Origin: Octopus bimaculoides
Taxonomy: Eukaryota
Direction of reading: 5' to 3'
Assembly: GCF_001194135.2 (NCBI RefSeq)
Contig: NC_068988.1
Location: forward strand, 31,766,618-31,805,172
DNA: 38,555 nt
Part shown: positions 13,183 to 24,720 of the stretch, piece by piece
How the letters are laid out: each line of letters begins with the position of its first letter
Numbering within the stretch: position 1 is the stretch's first letter
Position numbers and translations under genes: made by a program
The notes under the pieces: generated by a model
The model's database searches: none
The model's input: the letters and a program-made list of their open reading frames with translations, nothing else
What the model was told of the DNA's origin: nothing

Positions 13183-13412
13183 GCCGGCGAGCTGGCAGAA
13201 TTGTTAGCACGCCGGGCGAAATGCTTAATGGTATTTCGTCTACTGCTACATTCTGAGTTCAAATTCCGCCGAGGTCGACTTTGCCTTTCATCCTTTCGGG
13301 GTCGATAAATTAAGTACCAGGTACGCACTGGGGTCGATATAATCGACTTAATCCGTTTGTCTGTCCTTGTTTATCCCCCTGTGTGTAGTCCCTTGTGGGC
13401 AGTAAAGAAATA
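13183..13412 (+). mobile_element. tRNA-derived SINE, family 1, full length
   Basis: A box TGGCAGAATTG and B box GTTCAAATTCC. Perfect 15-bp target-site duplication AGAAACAATTTGTGA at 13168-13182 and 13413-13427. Confidence 0.92.
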
Positions 13413-13514
13413 AGAAACAATTTGTGAATAAAATTCGATAGTCGAAAGCTAAGAACTATTGTTGTGCCTTTGTAGTTTCATTACTGTCAATAGTAACACG
13501 CGCACAACTTCTAT

Positions 13515-13629
13515 ATCACTTCTTTATTATTAGTCAATTGGTTAAATATCTAACCATCTGACTAATCGATCATTTGTTTAATGTACTACTTACACAATCG
13601 ATCGGTTGCTTGTTAGTCAAAGTTCTTTC
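13515..13629 (+). repeat. Left arm of a ~110-bp diverged inverted repeat
   Basis: TTAGTCAATTGGTTAAATATCTAACCATCTGACTAATCGATC...AATCGATCGGTTGCTTGTTAGTCAAAGTTCTTTC matches the reverse complement of 14915-15030. Confidence 0.75.
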
Positions 13630-14914
13630 ACTAGAACACAAATTCGCGCGCGCAGCCCCCATAAGCGCAAATGCAGATTCTCACGCATACACACCAACCG
13701 TCTTCTACTCGCCACCTACTCACATAAGAAACTGCACCCAATATTTATAAACGATTTGAGGATGTCAAACGAATCCTAGCAGATCTGAGACCCCCCCAGA
13801 AACACACATAAAAGGAGTCACGGAGAAGTACACACACCATACACATACGCACGTGCACTCACAAAAGCACACACAGTCTTCGGTTACTCTCATCCTTGTC
13901 TGCACTACTAAACAAACAAATTCTACATACACGCATAGATACATACATACAAGAATAAGGCCATTCATCTGACAGACCCTGATTTGGGAGAGAGAGAGAC
14001 AGATAGATAAATAGATAGATAGATAGAGAGAGAGAGAGGGAGAGAGAGAGAGAGAGCGAGAGGGGGGAGAAAGACTGCGAGAGTAAGAGAAAGACAGAAG
14101 TCATTGAAAATAACGTTGAGCTTTTTGTTTTTCTGCACAGTTTGAAAATTTAAAATTAAGGTGAAACTTTCAAATTTGGTGTATTGATGTAACTTTTTAC
14201 GCTGAATCTCAGGGCCTAATTCACTGGTTCTAGAAAGAGTTTTTAAATATTTACAGTAGTTTGAAATTTGAGCATTTTTACCCAGTCAAGAAACAAGCTG
14301 TCATTGTGTGCGTGACAGTACGTATTCTCAACATTGCGACAGTAGCAGATGTTTAGTTATCAAAGTGTAAAAGAATGAAATATTGGCGGAATTCTGCTTT
14401 ACGCATGCCATATAAACCCTCATAACGTTTTACATTTGGAAATTGTCACAAAATATCTACAAAAAAAAAAGACGTTTGCAAAAAAAATTAATGTTTACGA
14501 AAAAATAAATGTTTGCGAACAAAAATGATGCGTAATATAAGGCCTATTTAGCTGTTATATTTAGCACATCGCATGACCATACCTTATTAAGCATTTAATA
14601 TGCTAAAAATGACAACGTGGCTTGACATGACAGCAACAGAGGAGTAAGCAGCATGGTATTAGCTTGTCTTGTTACTATGGAAACAGGCACTTATATGCCT
14701 GTGGCTTTTGATTGGCTAAAATTACCTAAAATTTTCAAAATTAAAAAATTATAAACTGTTTATATATTGAGTCATGGCAAGCATAAAATTCCTGTCAATA
14801 ATTAGCATACAACACTACACCAATATATCAAATATGAAATCAATTGGAACAATATTGGAGGAATTGAAAAGTGGAAGCCAATCAGAACAGATCCAATGTC
14901 GAGCATAGCGACGA

Positions 14915-15030
14915 AAGAGCATTGACAAAAAAACAACCGATAGATTGTTTAAACTAGCACATTAACGATCGATTTGTCAGTTGGTTAGATAATTAACCAA
15001 TTGACTAACAGCGAAAAGATTTTGAAGCAC
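14915..15030 (-). repeat. Right arm of the ~110-bp diverged inverted repeat
   Basis: Reverse complement reads TTAGTCAATTGGTTAATTATCTAACCAACTGACAAATCGATC...AATCTATCGGTTGTTTTTTTGTCAATGCTCTTTC. Confidence 0.75.
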
Positions 15031-15572
15031 TATTAAAGTTAATATTGGCCTACTGATCCTCCTAAGTATCATGCAATCAAAATGCAAAGAACGAAATGTA
15101 TAGCAGTGCTTAGGCTGATTTGTACTTGTAACCCAAATGTGACAGCCTCATAACAGACTGTCATGTAGATACTTGTTTGAGAATTACACTAACGGTACAC
15201 CTATCTGTGGAATGATTAGCCATTCACACATTAATCCAGGAACAAGTTACTCAGTTGAACAATCTTCGTCGTCGAACGACAGAGATTCACCATACATATA
15301 GACATAAGATTATACATAAGTATACTTGTATGTATGCGCGTCTGTATAGATGGTATGTGTGCGTGTATACGAATGTATCAAATAGTATCGAGTGCAAAGA
15401 AAAAATAGCATTTGCAAACACTCCAATATTGGCAACCCTAAATGAATTGAACATATTATCGAGAAGGAAAACATTGACACGACTACAAGAAAACAACACA
15501 ATATGAAGAAGAGAAATAATGAAAGGAAAACAAACTGGCAGCAGAGAGAGAATATATATATATATATATATA

Positions 15573-16109
15573 NNNNNNNNNNNNNNNNNNNNNNNNNNNN
15601 NNNNNNNNNNNNNNNNNNNNNNNNNNNNNNNNNNNNNNNNNNNNNNNNNNNNNNNNNNNNNNNNNNNNNNNNNNNNNNNNNNNNNNNNNNNNNNNNNNNN
15701 NNNNNNNNNNNNNNNNNNNNNNNNNNNNNNNNNNNNNNNNNNNNNNNNNNNNNNNNNNNNNNNNNNNNNNNNNNNNNNNNNNNNNNNNNNNNNNNNNNNN
15801 NNNNNNNNNNNNNNNNNNNNNNNNNNNNNNNNNNNNNNNNNNNNNNNNNNNNNNNNNNNNNNNNNNNNNNNNNNNNNNNNNNNNNNNNNNNNNNNNNNNN
15901 NNNNNNNNNNNNNNNNNNNNNNNNNNNNNNNNNNNNNNNNNNNNNNNNNNNNNNNNNNNNNNNNNNNNNNNNNNNNNNNNNNNNNNNNNNNNNNNNNNNN
16001 NNNNNNNNNNNNNNNNNNNNNNNNNNNNNNNNNNNNNNNNNNNNNNNNNNNNNNNNNNNNNNNNNNNNNNNNNNNNNNNNNNNNNNNNNNNNNNNNNNNN
16101 NNNNNNNNN
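15573..16109. other. Assembly gap (N run)
   Basis: N run adjacent to a (TA)n tract. Confidence 0.99.
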
Positions 16110-16124
16110 GTTTTTACGTTTTAA

Positions 16125-16247
16125 GGTCAGCTACGATGTTCATTCTTATCGGGGTCGATAAAATAGTACCATTAGAGTATGGGATCAACGTAATCGACTC
16201 TTTCCCTCCTCGAAACCGCTGGCCTTGTGCCAAAATAAAAAAAAAAC
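16125..16247 (+). mobile_element. SINE family 1-related fragment (central domain plus alternative tail)
   Basis: TTCATTCTTATCGGGGTCGATAAAATAGTACC...AATCGACT followed by GCTGGCCTTGTGCCAAAA; the tail matches 35466-35586. Confidence 0.7.
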
Positions 16248-16838
16248 AATATTTTAGCGGCATATAACGCGGATTTCAAATGTATTATTTATCACAGGAC
16301 GTAGCTTGAATTCTGCATTATTTGAACGATTTTTTTGTACCTTATATTAATGTAGGCATGTAAGTAATTTATTTATTATTAGATATAATAATATAAATTA
16401 TTTACATGTTTTCAAGTTACGAAACGATTTGTAGTCATAGAATTTTCGTATTGTTAAATATAATTTCATCAAAATATTTCTGTCATTTATAACTTTATAC
16501 GCTCCTTATCGTTTTGTCTTATATCGTACAATATATCTTATGATTATTTTGTACAATGATACATTAAGGAGCGTTTTTTACGGGTACTACTGGATGACTG
16601 GAATCCATATATGATAAATATATGTATATATTATATATTTGTATGGTCTTTGGCAGGTGAAGTGTTAATATTTTATTAACTGCTGTATTTTGTTTAGGAA
16701 ATCTCGTGCTTTTATGTAAGTTTATCTTTTCTACTAATTGTTTCAGCTGTGAGGCTGCGGCCATGCTGGTGCGCCACATGGAAGAAGTTTTGGTTGGATG
16801 AATCGAGCCCAGTACTTATTTTTTAAACCTCACACACG

Positions 16839-16870
<32 letters not shown>

Positions 16871-16905
16871 CACACACACACACGCACACACACACACATA
16901 CAATA

Positions 16906-18150
16906 CAGGGTGTTATGGGTAAACTGTCACCATTTAATATTTTTTAATTTTACGCATGCATATTTTTTGTGGTTAATTTTATCGACTACACAGTCGGGTC
17001 CATTGGGCACCGTCTGTCAGAAAAGCAGCACTATAACGCAACTCAATTTGGAAATGACATGATATACTGCTTGGCATTCGCGCCGGAAGCTTCAATGTAA
17101 ATATTCCAGTGCTTAGGTTTCAATCTAATGACAGTGCAGAGGATTCGGAAAGAGTTGGATGATTCTAATGGTGATTATGAATGTACGGTAGTTCGGAAAA
17201 CTCATTCGGATCCTTCTGATAAGAAAAGAACTAATTTCTGAATTTGTTGGTGAGAGGCAGGCCAAATCTGACAACGATCCCTTCAAGTCAAACGGGCCAG
17301 AGACATCGGAGTGTCTGAGTTCTTTTTAATCTGGCAAGTAGTGCATGAAGACATTCAGTATTCCTCATACAAGCTCAGGAACCACTAATTGTTTTTTATT
17401 CAGACCATGAAGGACAACAGGAAATTCCGCGTTACAAAGCTTTTGAACAAACTCAACCATCCCCTCCAACCGAACAAGCTTTGCCAGGATTAGATGGTGA
17501 ACACACAGAACAATCATTGGATTGTCGTGTACCCAAAATATATAACGAAAGTGATAAAAATCACAGCATCCAGTCAACATCATGGTGTTTGAAGGGATCA
17601 CTAGTGATGACAGCGTTATGCCTACAGTCATCTTCCCAAATAGTCTCAGATACAACATGGCGGCCTACATCAAATGCCTGGAGGAAGTAGTGCTACCCTG
17701 GGTCAATAGGGTGGCTGCTGGAAGACCCTATTTCTAGCAACAGGACTCTGCACCATTCCACACAAGTAGGATAACCAAGTCATGGCTGTCAGGCAATTTC
17801 TCCGACCACATCACCCATAACATCTGGCCTCCTAACTCCCCAAACTGCAACCCTCTTGATTATTATGTGCGAAATACTGTTGAGCGAGAAACCAACAAAA
17901 CTCCTTGTAACACTACATTTGAACTGAAGGCAAGGATTATGGCAGCGTTCACTCTCCAGGAGATTGCAGAAGATTCCGAAGTCGCCTGGAGGCCGTGGCT
18001 AAAGCTAATGGGGTTTTTAATGAATAAATTTACTCCTTAGTATTTCCATAAATTTTTATGTAATTTTGGTAAATATATCTGTTAAAACAAGATATAAATA
18101 TTATTTTAATTTTTGCGTAATTTAGACGAAAATTTATTCACCGCACCCTG
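16906..18150 (+). mobile_element. Tc1/mariner-superfamily transposon, DD37D (maT-like), 1245 bp
   Basis: TA flanks on both sides and imperfect TIRs (CAGGGTG...CACCCTG) enclosing a decayed transposase. Confidence 0.9.
17080..18027 (+). pseudogene. Decayed DD37D transposase
   Basis: QQDSAPFHT...WPPNSPNCNPLDYY with 37 residues counted between the two Asp; C-terminal CRRFRSRLEAVAKANG. The first catalytic motif (expected WFFSDEK-like) appears deleted at ~17480. Stops and frameshifts throughout. Confidence 0.88.
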
Positions 18151-18295
18151 TATATACGACAGGATTCTTTCTGTTTTCTTCTACCAACGCCGCTCACGAT
18201 GCTATAGCAGTACACATTTGCTCAAGGCTGGGACAGAACTTGGAACCATGTGTTTGAGAAGCAAGTTTCTTACCACACAGTCACGTATGCGCCTA
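18151..18295 (-). mobile_element. tRNA-derived SINE, family 2 (CORE-like), internally deleted
   Basis: Minus strand reads AGGCGCATACGTGACTGTGTGGTAAG...CCTTGAGCAAATGTG...TTGGTAG...GTCGTATA. Homologous to 36605-36778. CCTTGAGCAA resembles the CORE-domain motif ACCTTGGGCAAG. Confidence 0.75.
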
Positions 18296-19165
18296 TTGTA
18301 AATTTTTGGTTACTCTCTTTGAATATGTTAGATCCTTTTTTATTTCTATATGATCCATGTTTTGGGATATGCCCAGCTACCCCTATAGAGCTGTATTCTA
18401 GGTTATTGTGATCTAAATTGTAGTAAATAGTATATATATTGCAGATAAATCCGAAATATCATCTTCATCGTAGCTCACTATAGATACATCACTGAGTTGG
18501 TTTTCATGTTTGCTGACCCCGAAGGTTTCGTCATAACGTAAAAGCATCATTGCATTCATGTTTATTCTAATGTCGGGATCGTTCATGGTAGTGAATCTTT
18601 TCCCGAAATCCAATTCTTTTAGGAGAAAATTTGTGGAAAAGAATTACTAGTATTATACAATATCGAAATGGGTAAATATGTGGATGGATATATATAAACG
18701 CGTATGTATATGAAGTGAAGGTGTGTATGTGTATGCGTTTGTGCCACTACATAACTTTATACTACAGATATGAATGCTTGGAGATATAAGAACAATAATA
18801 AATCTGCTAGATGTATTATAGTCAAGAAAAAAAATATATCTACAAATGGCTTTACTCTTCTTCATAAGAATCATGATGCTTCCTGTCTTGCTTGCCTGTC
18901 AAATACCAATCCTTACTTTTTTTTGTTTTTTGAAGTATTTTTATTGAAATTGTTTTTGACATCAACAAATATTATTTTCTCGCTTTCAAGCCGACTTCGT
19001 TTTCAAACATGTTCTTTGAAAAACGAGGCATGGCATTCTTTATTATGAATTTTCCATTTTTTTTCATCTTTTGCTAACCCATAATTTTCTTTTTCTGCCT
19101 TTCCTTTCATCTCTAAATTCTTTTTTTTTTCTTCTCTCTCCTATCTCCCTCTCTTTCTTTCTCTA

Positions 19166-19177
19166 TCTCTCTCGCCT

Positions 19178-19273
<96 letters not shown>
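19166..19273. repeat. Compound (CTTT)n(CTAT)n tetranucleotide repeat
   Basis: Seen directly. Confidence 0.95.
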
Positions 19274-19274
<1 letters not shown>

Positions 19275-19919
19275 GAAATGATCAATTTACGCTTGCTTGA
19301 TACACACACTAACACACAGATAGACACATACACAAACGCAACCATATATGCAAATACACACACACACATATATATGAGTATCCCTATCATATTCAGAAAT
19401 GCACCCTTCTAAGCTTCTCTTTTTCCTTTGTCCATATATGTGTGAGAGTGAATTAATTTGTGTGTGTTGTCTGTGTATATGTGTGTGTGTATCTGTTATA
19501 TCATTTGATATATCATTTTTTTCATTTCTAATTTCTTCTAAGCTTACTACATTTCTTGTCAATATTTCACTTTACCATGTATCAATATTCCATCATTTTC
19601 TCTTCTCCATCCTCCTCACCACCACTACCGCCAGTACCACCACAATAACCATCTCTTTTTCCTCACCGTTTTCTTTTTCTTATTTTTTCCTTATTATCCA
19701 TTTCATTTTATTATTTTTATTTGTCTTTCTTCTCGAAAACCCTTGAATAAATATCTTATCTCTCTCCTCTCCAATTCAGTGAAATGAAAATCATTATTAA
19801 ATACACGCACATACAAAATTATATATGTATCTGAATATATATATATATATACATACATATGCATATGCATCCATATATATGTATATATGTATCAATATAT
19901 ATATAAATGCAAATAATTA

Positions 19920-20649
19920 NNNNNNNNNNNNNNNNNNNNNNNNNNNNNNNNNNNNNNNNNNNNNNNNNNNNNNNNNNNNNNNNNNNNNNNNNNNNNNNNN
20001 NNNNNNNNNNNNNNNNNNNNNNNNNNNNNNNNNNNNNNNNNNNNNNNNNNNNNNNNNNNNNNNNNNNNNNNNNNNNNNNNNNNNNNNNNNNNNNNNNNNN
20101 NNNNNNNNNNNNNNNNNNNNNNNNNNNNNNNNNNNNNNNNNNNNNNNNNNNNNNNNNNNNNNNNNNNNNNNNNNNNNNNNNNNNNNNNNNNNNNNNNNNN
20201 NNNNNNNNNNNNNNNNNNNNNNNNNNNNNNNNNNNNNNNNNNNNNNNNNNNNNNNNNNNNNNNNNNNNNNNNNNNNNNNNNNNNNNNNNNNNNNNNNNNN
20301 NNNNNNNNNNNNNNNNNNNNNNNNNNNNNNNNNNNNNNNNNNNNNNNNNNNNNNNNNNNNNNNNNNNNNNNNNNNNNNNNNNNNNNNNNNNNNNNNNNNN
20401 NNNNNNNNNNNNNNNNNNNNNNNNNNNNNNNNNNNNNNNNNNNNNNNNNNNNNNNNNNNNNNNNNNNNNNNNNNNNNNNNNNNNNNNNNNNNNNNNNNNN
20501 NNNNNNNNNNNNNNNNNNNNNNNNNNNNNNNNNNNNNNNNNNNNNNNNNNNNNNNNNNNNNNNNNNNNNNNNNNNNNNNNNNNNNNNNNNNNNNNNNNNN
20601 NNNNNNNNNNNNNNNNNNNNNNNNNNNNNNNNNNNNNNNNNNNNNNNNN
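19920..20649. other. Assembly gap (N run)
   Basis: N run. Confidence 0.99.
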
Positions 20650-21074
20650 TATATATATATATATATATGTATACGTTTATATATATAAATAAATATACAG
20701 ATATATAGATATATACATACACACACACATAGACACACACACACACACATATATATGAACATACATGCATACGCATCGTGAAAGTATGTTTGGATTGTTG
20801 TGTTGATGACTAAAGGGGTGGGGTGGGGGACCGAGGTGGAGAAATCAAAGAGTGTAACTGTGTTTGAAGCGTTACTAGCAGGCAGGAACTATCCAATCGC
20901 GATATTTATTCACGAAACTGATCGGTTGTTTGTCAAATTACTAGCTTGCTGAGACGGTGAATCTGAACGCAGAAGAAATCTTTTACAGATCATTGTAAAC
21001 AGGCATATACACAGATATAAACAAACATATGCACACATAATATACACACTCATATGCAAAACATCTTTGTCTAA

Positions 21075-21112
<38 letters not shown>

Positions 21113-21744
21113 TTCTCTCTGGGAAATAATGCTGGGGGGAGCATTGCAGAGAAGACGATGCCAAAGAGACTGCCGCCGAGGCACTTTCCTGCGAATCTCC
21201 ATTTCGGATTCACAATGCATATGATGTCCTCAAGCGTACCCATCTATGTTAACATATATTGACCGAACGATTTAAGTACGTACAGCAACATCGAATTTTC
21301 GCCAGAAAATGCAGAGTTCCTTCTTGACTGATTGAAAGGACCGTTTGAGTGAGGTCAAAGCTTCTATAACGTCTCTGGCTTTGTGACCTCAAGCTATCCC
21401 CAATCGTCTTTCCTCCTGTTATCACCTCTATTATACCTAACACTCCACTCTATGCACTAATTATTACGCGTAGACTTTCCTTTCCGGAATGTCAACAGTG
21501 TGGGTTTTCTTCTCTTCTCCTGTGGTTTTCGTAGGAATAAACTTTCCAAGGTTTAAGAGGAAAGTTAATGGCATAAATCTATCACATCTAAATCCATTAG
21601 GATCGCGGGTTATTGAAGGCTATGAAACCTGACTCATCTTCCAAGAAAGTTGGTTAAACATTTCCTGTCCATCTTTTCTTTTTTATGTTAGTCTTCTTCA
21701 AATATTCCTACCTAGCTACTCTAATGAAACACCGCTTAGCCTAT

Positions 21745-23002
21745 CTGAATGCACCACCCTAAGGCAGATATAGAACGTTTTTATCTGCCAAGAAAAGAGG
21801 ATGGCAGTGGCCTTTTCCAACTGGCATTAACAATGAAGATTGCCACAATTGGCCTCGACACCTACCCGAAAAACTCCGATGACTGGATGCTAAAACTTGT
21901 CTCAAAGTACGAAAACAAGAAAGCATCATACTCAGTAACAAAACAGGAAAAGGAATAGCTAAGTGAATTCCAAATACACAAATTCTAGAATTAGATGTAC
22001 TAGAAACAAGCAGAGAGAAACCTAAACGTTATGAAAACCCGTGCTAAAACTGCTGCCTTAGATATTCTTACTGATAAATGGCAAGAGAAACCTCTCAATC
22101 GCAAATACTTAAAGAGAGCTAATAGTGCCGATGTTGACAAAGCCCTTACCCATCAATGGTTAGTGTTTTTTTGGCTTAAAATCAGAAACAGAAGGGTTTA
22201 TCATAGCATCCCAAGATCAATGCCTACCTACAAGAACTACGAGGTCAACATACTAAAGAACGGCAGTAGCCCAACATGTGGGGTGATTCAAAATGAAACC
22301 ATAGATCATGTCTCCATGTGCAATCTTCATGCACCTAAAGAGTATTTCAACAGGTATGATAGAGCAGCACAGTAAATTCACTGGGTAATTTGCGAAAACC
22401 TGAACCTGTCCCATGATAAAACTGGTGGGAACACAAACCACTTCCAGCGCTTGAAAATGATTACATCTCACTCCTCTGCAACTTCACCATTCAAACTGAC
22501 AGAAAGATAGATACGAATAGGCCGGACATTAATTGAAAACGTTCAGACAAAAAACTCATGCGTCCTCATTGGTATGACTGTCCCAATCGATGTAAATGCA
22601 TCGGTAAGACCCACCAAAAACTGGGAAAGTATAAAGATCTTGAAATAGAAATTGGTAAAACGTGGAACCTCAAGACTAAAACAATACCTGTTGTGAGATG
22701 ATAGCAAAAGGGGCTGATTGTTACCTAGCTCAGATACCGGGAAACCTCTCAATGACAGAAATTCAGAAGATAGTGCTCATTGACACTGGCCATATCCTAC
22801 GTAAAATACTGTCGATGTAATCTCAAATTTTAAAACAAACTCATCATTTTCTTACGTTTTCTGAAATTTTTTCTTGAATAAAACGATGTGAAAACCCCAA
22901 TATATGAAACCCTCGGCATAACACCAGTATGAATTTCTAACTTGTCTCTTGAGGTCTCTGGGTGAGACTTGGAGCCAATTTGTAATAATACAAAGCAAAA
23001 GT
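21745..23002 (+). mobile_element. 5'-truncated R4/Dong-type LINE, copy A
   Basis: HHPKADIERFYLPRKEDGSGL, DKWQEKPL, ETIDHVS, TDRKIDTNRPDI, IDVNAS, DLEIEIGKTWNLKTKTIPVV, GHILRKILSM*, then a 3' UTR running into a TAC/TAA tract. Confidence 0.9.
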
Positions 23003-23013
23003 CAAACATTTAA

Positions 23014-23068
<55 letters not shown>

Positions 23069-23069
23069 G

Positions 23070-23151
<82 letters not shown>

Positions 23152-23187
23152 TAATAATAATAATAATAGTTATAATAATAATAATAA
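23003..23187. repeat. (TAC)n then (TAA)n microsatellite between LINE copies
   Basis: Seen directly. Confidence 0.97.
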
Positions 23188-23998
23188 GCTATAAAACAAA
23201 AGCTATAAAACAAAAGCTATAAAACAAATGAAATCCAAACTAAAGCTAGAACAACAACGGACCATGATAAAACGATGGCAAGAAAAGCCCCTACATGGTA
23301 AATACTGGGCTAAACTAAATGCGAAAGAAATAGACAGAGAAAAATCCCAGCAATGACTGAGAAGCTCAGGACTCAAAGCAGAGACTGAAGGATTTTTAAT
23401 TGCTGCACAAGACCAGAGCCTCCCCACCAGAAATTACCAAAAACACATAATGAAAAGAAATATATTCACAGACACGACAGAGCTGGGACCTATATACACT
23501 GGAAGCNNNNNNNNNNNNNNNNNNNNNNNNNNNNNNNNNNNNNNNNNNNNNNNNNNNNNNNNNNNNNNNNNNNNNNNNNNNNNNNNNNNNNNNNNNNNNN
23601 NNNNNNNNNNNNNNNNNNNNNNNNNNNNNNNNNNNNNNNNNNNNNNNNNNNNNNNNNNNNNNNNNNNNNNNNNNNNNNNNNNNNNNNNNNNNNNNNNNNN
23701 NNNNNNNNNNNNNNNNNNNNNNNNNNNNNNCTAAAAACAGAAACAATTCCTATCATAGTAGGTGCCTTAGGTATAATTAAAAAATACTCAGACAAATACA
23801 TAACAAAAATACCAGGACTTACAAATATATGTAACATACAGAAAATTGCACTACTGGGTACTGCACACATTCTACGCAAAACACTTTCAATACAGTAAAC
23901 ATAAAAGCACCACAGCAAACCACAGCACATACCCAAGGCGCACAGAGCTGCGCTCGGTAGTGAAGTGAAAGCACGTTATAAAAATAAAACTACTGAAC

Positions 23999-24000
<2 letters not shown>
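23187..24000 (+). mobile_element. 5'-truncated R4/Dong-type LINE, copy B (young; interrupted by an N gap)
   Basis: RWQEKPLHGKYW, GLKAETEGFLIAAQDQSLPTRNY, HRHDRAGTYIHW and IPIIVGALG...LLGTAHILRKTLSIQ*, then a 3' UTR and (TAA)n tail. Confidence 0.93.
23507..23730. other. Assembly gap (N run)
   Basis: N run inside LINE copy B. Confidence 0.99.
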
Positions 24001-24059
<59 letters not shown>

Positions 24060-24065
24060 TAATAA
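23999..24065. repeat. (TAA)n microsatellite
   Basis: Seen directly. Confidence 0.97.
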
Positions 24066-24074
24066 TGATGGCGA

Positions 24075-24720
24075 TGATATCTAAATGCAGTGAATAATGA
24101 ACCGGTGATCAAATATGGAATGAGAGAAAAGGACATAAATAAAATTCAAAGAGAGTGTTAACTAAATTGAAAAGGAACTTTTGCATGTTCAGTGCTGGAA
24201 ATCTATTGAGGATGTACGTAGAACAAAAGCCTGGGCATGGTTAACAAAAAAATAAACGAAACAACAGCCCAATATATAGCGTTAAAAAACAAACAACTTG
24301 AGAAAGTATGTGTATGGGGAAGAGGTGTCAGCAAAATGTAGAGTGTGTGGAATTTGGAATGCAACGATGACACACGTTGTTACAGAACGTCCCAAGTTGG
24401 CTTAGAGAAAATATGTCGAATGGAGGCAAGATCAAGTTGTCAGAACTGGGAATTTGAAGCTGTAAATATTTGGCATGATCATCAGTTTGAAATAGTGCTC
24501 GAATCGGAGAAATGCAAGACTTTAAAGGATTTTCCTATCAAAAAGGATAAAAAGATACACCTTATAATAATAGACCTTATAATAAGAAAGAGGAAAAATC
24601 GAAGTTGCTTACAAGTTTTTCCATCATGTCCGTTTCATTCCAGTATTGTAAAGAAAGAAGATGAAAAATTAAACAAAATATAATATCTTAAAATTTTGGA
24701 AGTACAAGAATTTGAAATGC
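24075..24720 (+). mobile_element. Older, more decayed R4/Dong-type LINE fragment, copy C
   Basis: AWAWL, SAKCRVCG...THVVTERPKLA (CCHC remnant), WHDHQFEIVLESEKCKTLKDFPIKKDKKI...DLII. Many stops. Confidence 0.75.

Noticed and set aside
15503-16267. Long ORFs of up to 294 aa that span N runs (also at 19.8-20.8, 23.4-23.9, 26.8-27.3 and 32.5-32.9 kb)
   Set aside because: Artefacts of reading through assembly gaps.
18413-18530. C2-domain-like string YDETF...VSYDEDD
   Set aside because: The upstream NP-x-W/F motif and the downstream strands are missing, so the resemblance is too thin to name a product.
23003-24065. Alternating repeat and unique blocks as a CRISPR-like array
   Set aside because: The repeats are trinucleotide microsatellites and the spacers are LINE fragments in eukaryotic DNA; no constant-length repeat unit and no cas genes.
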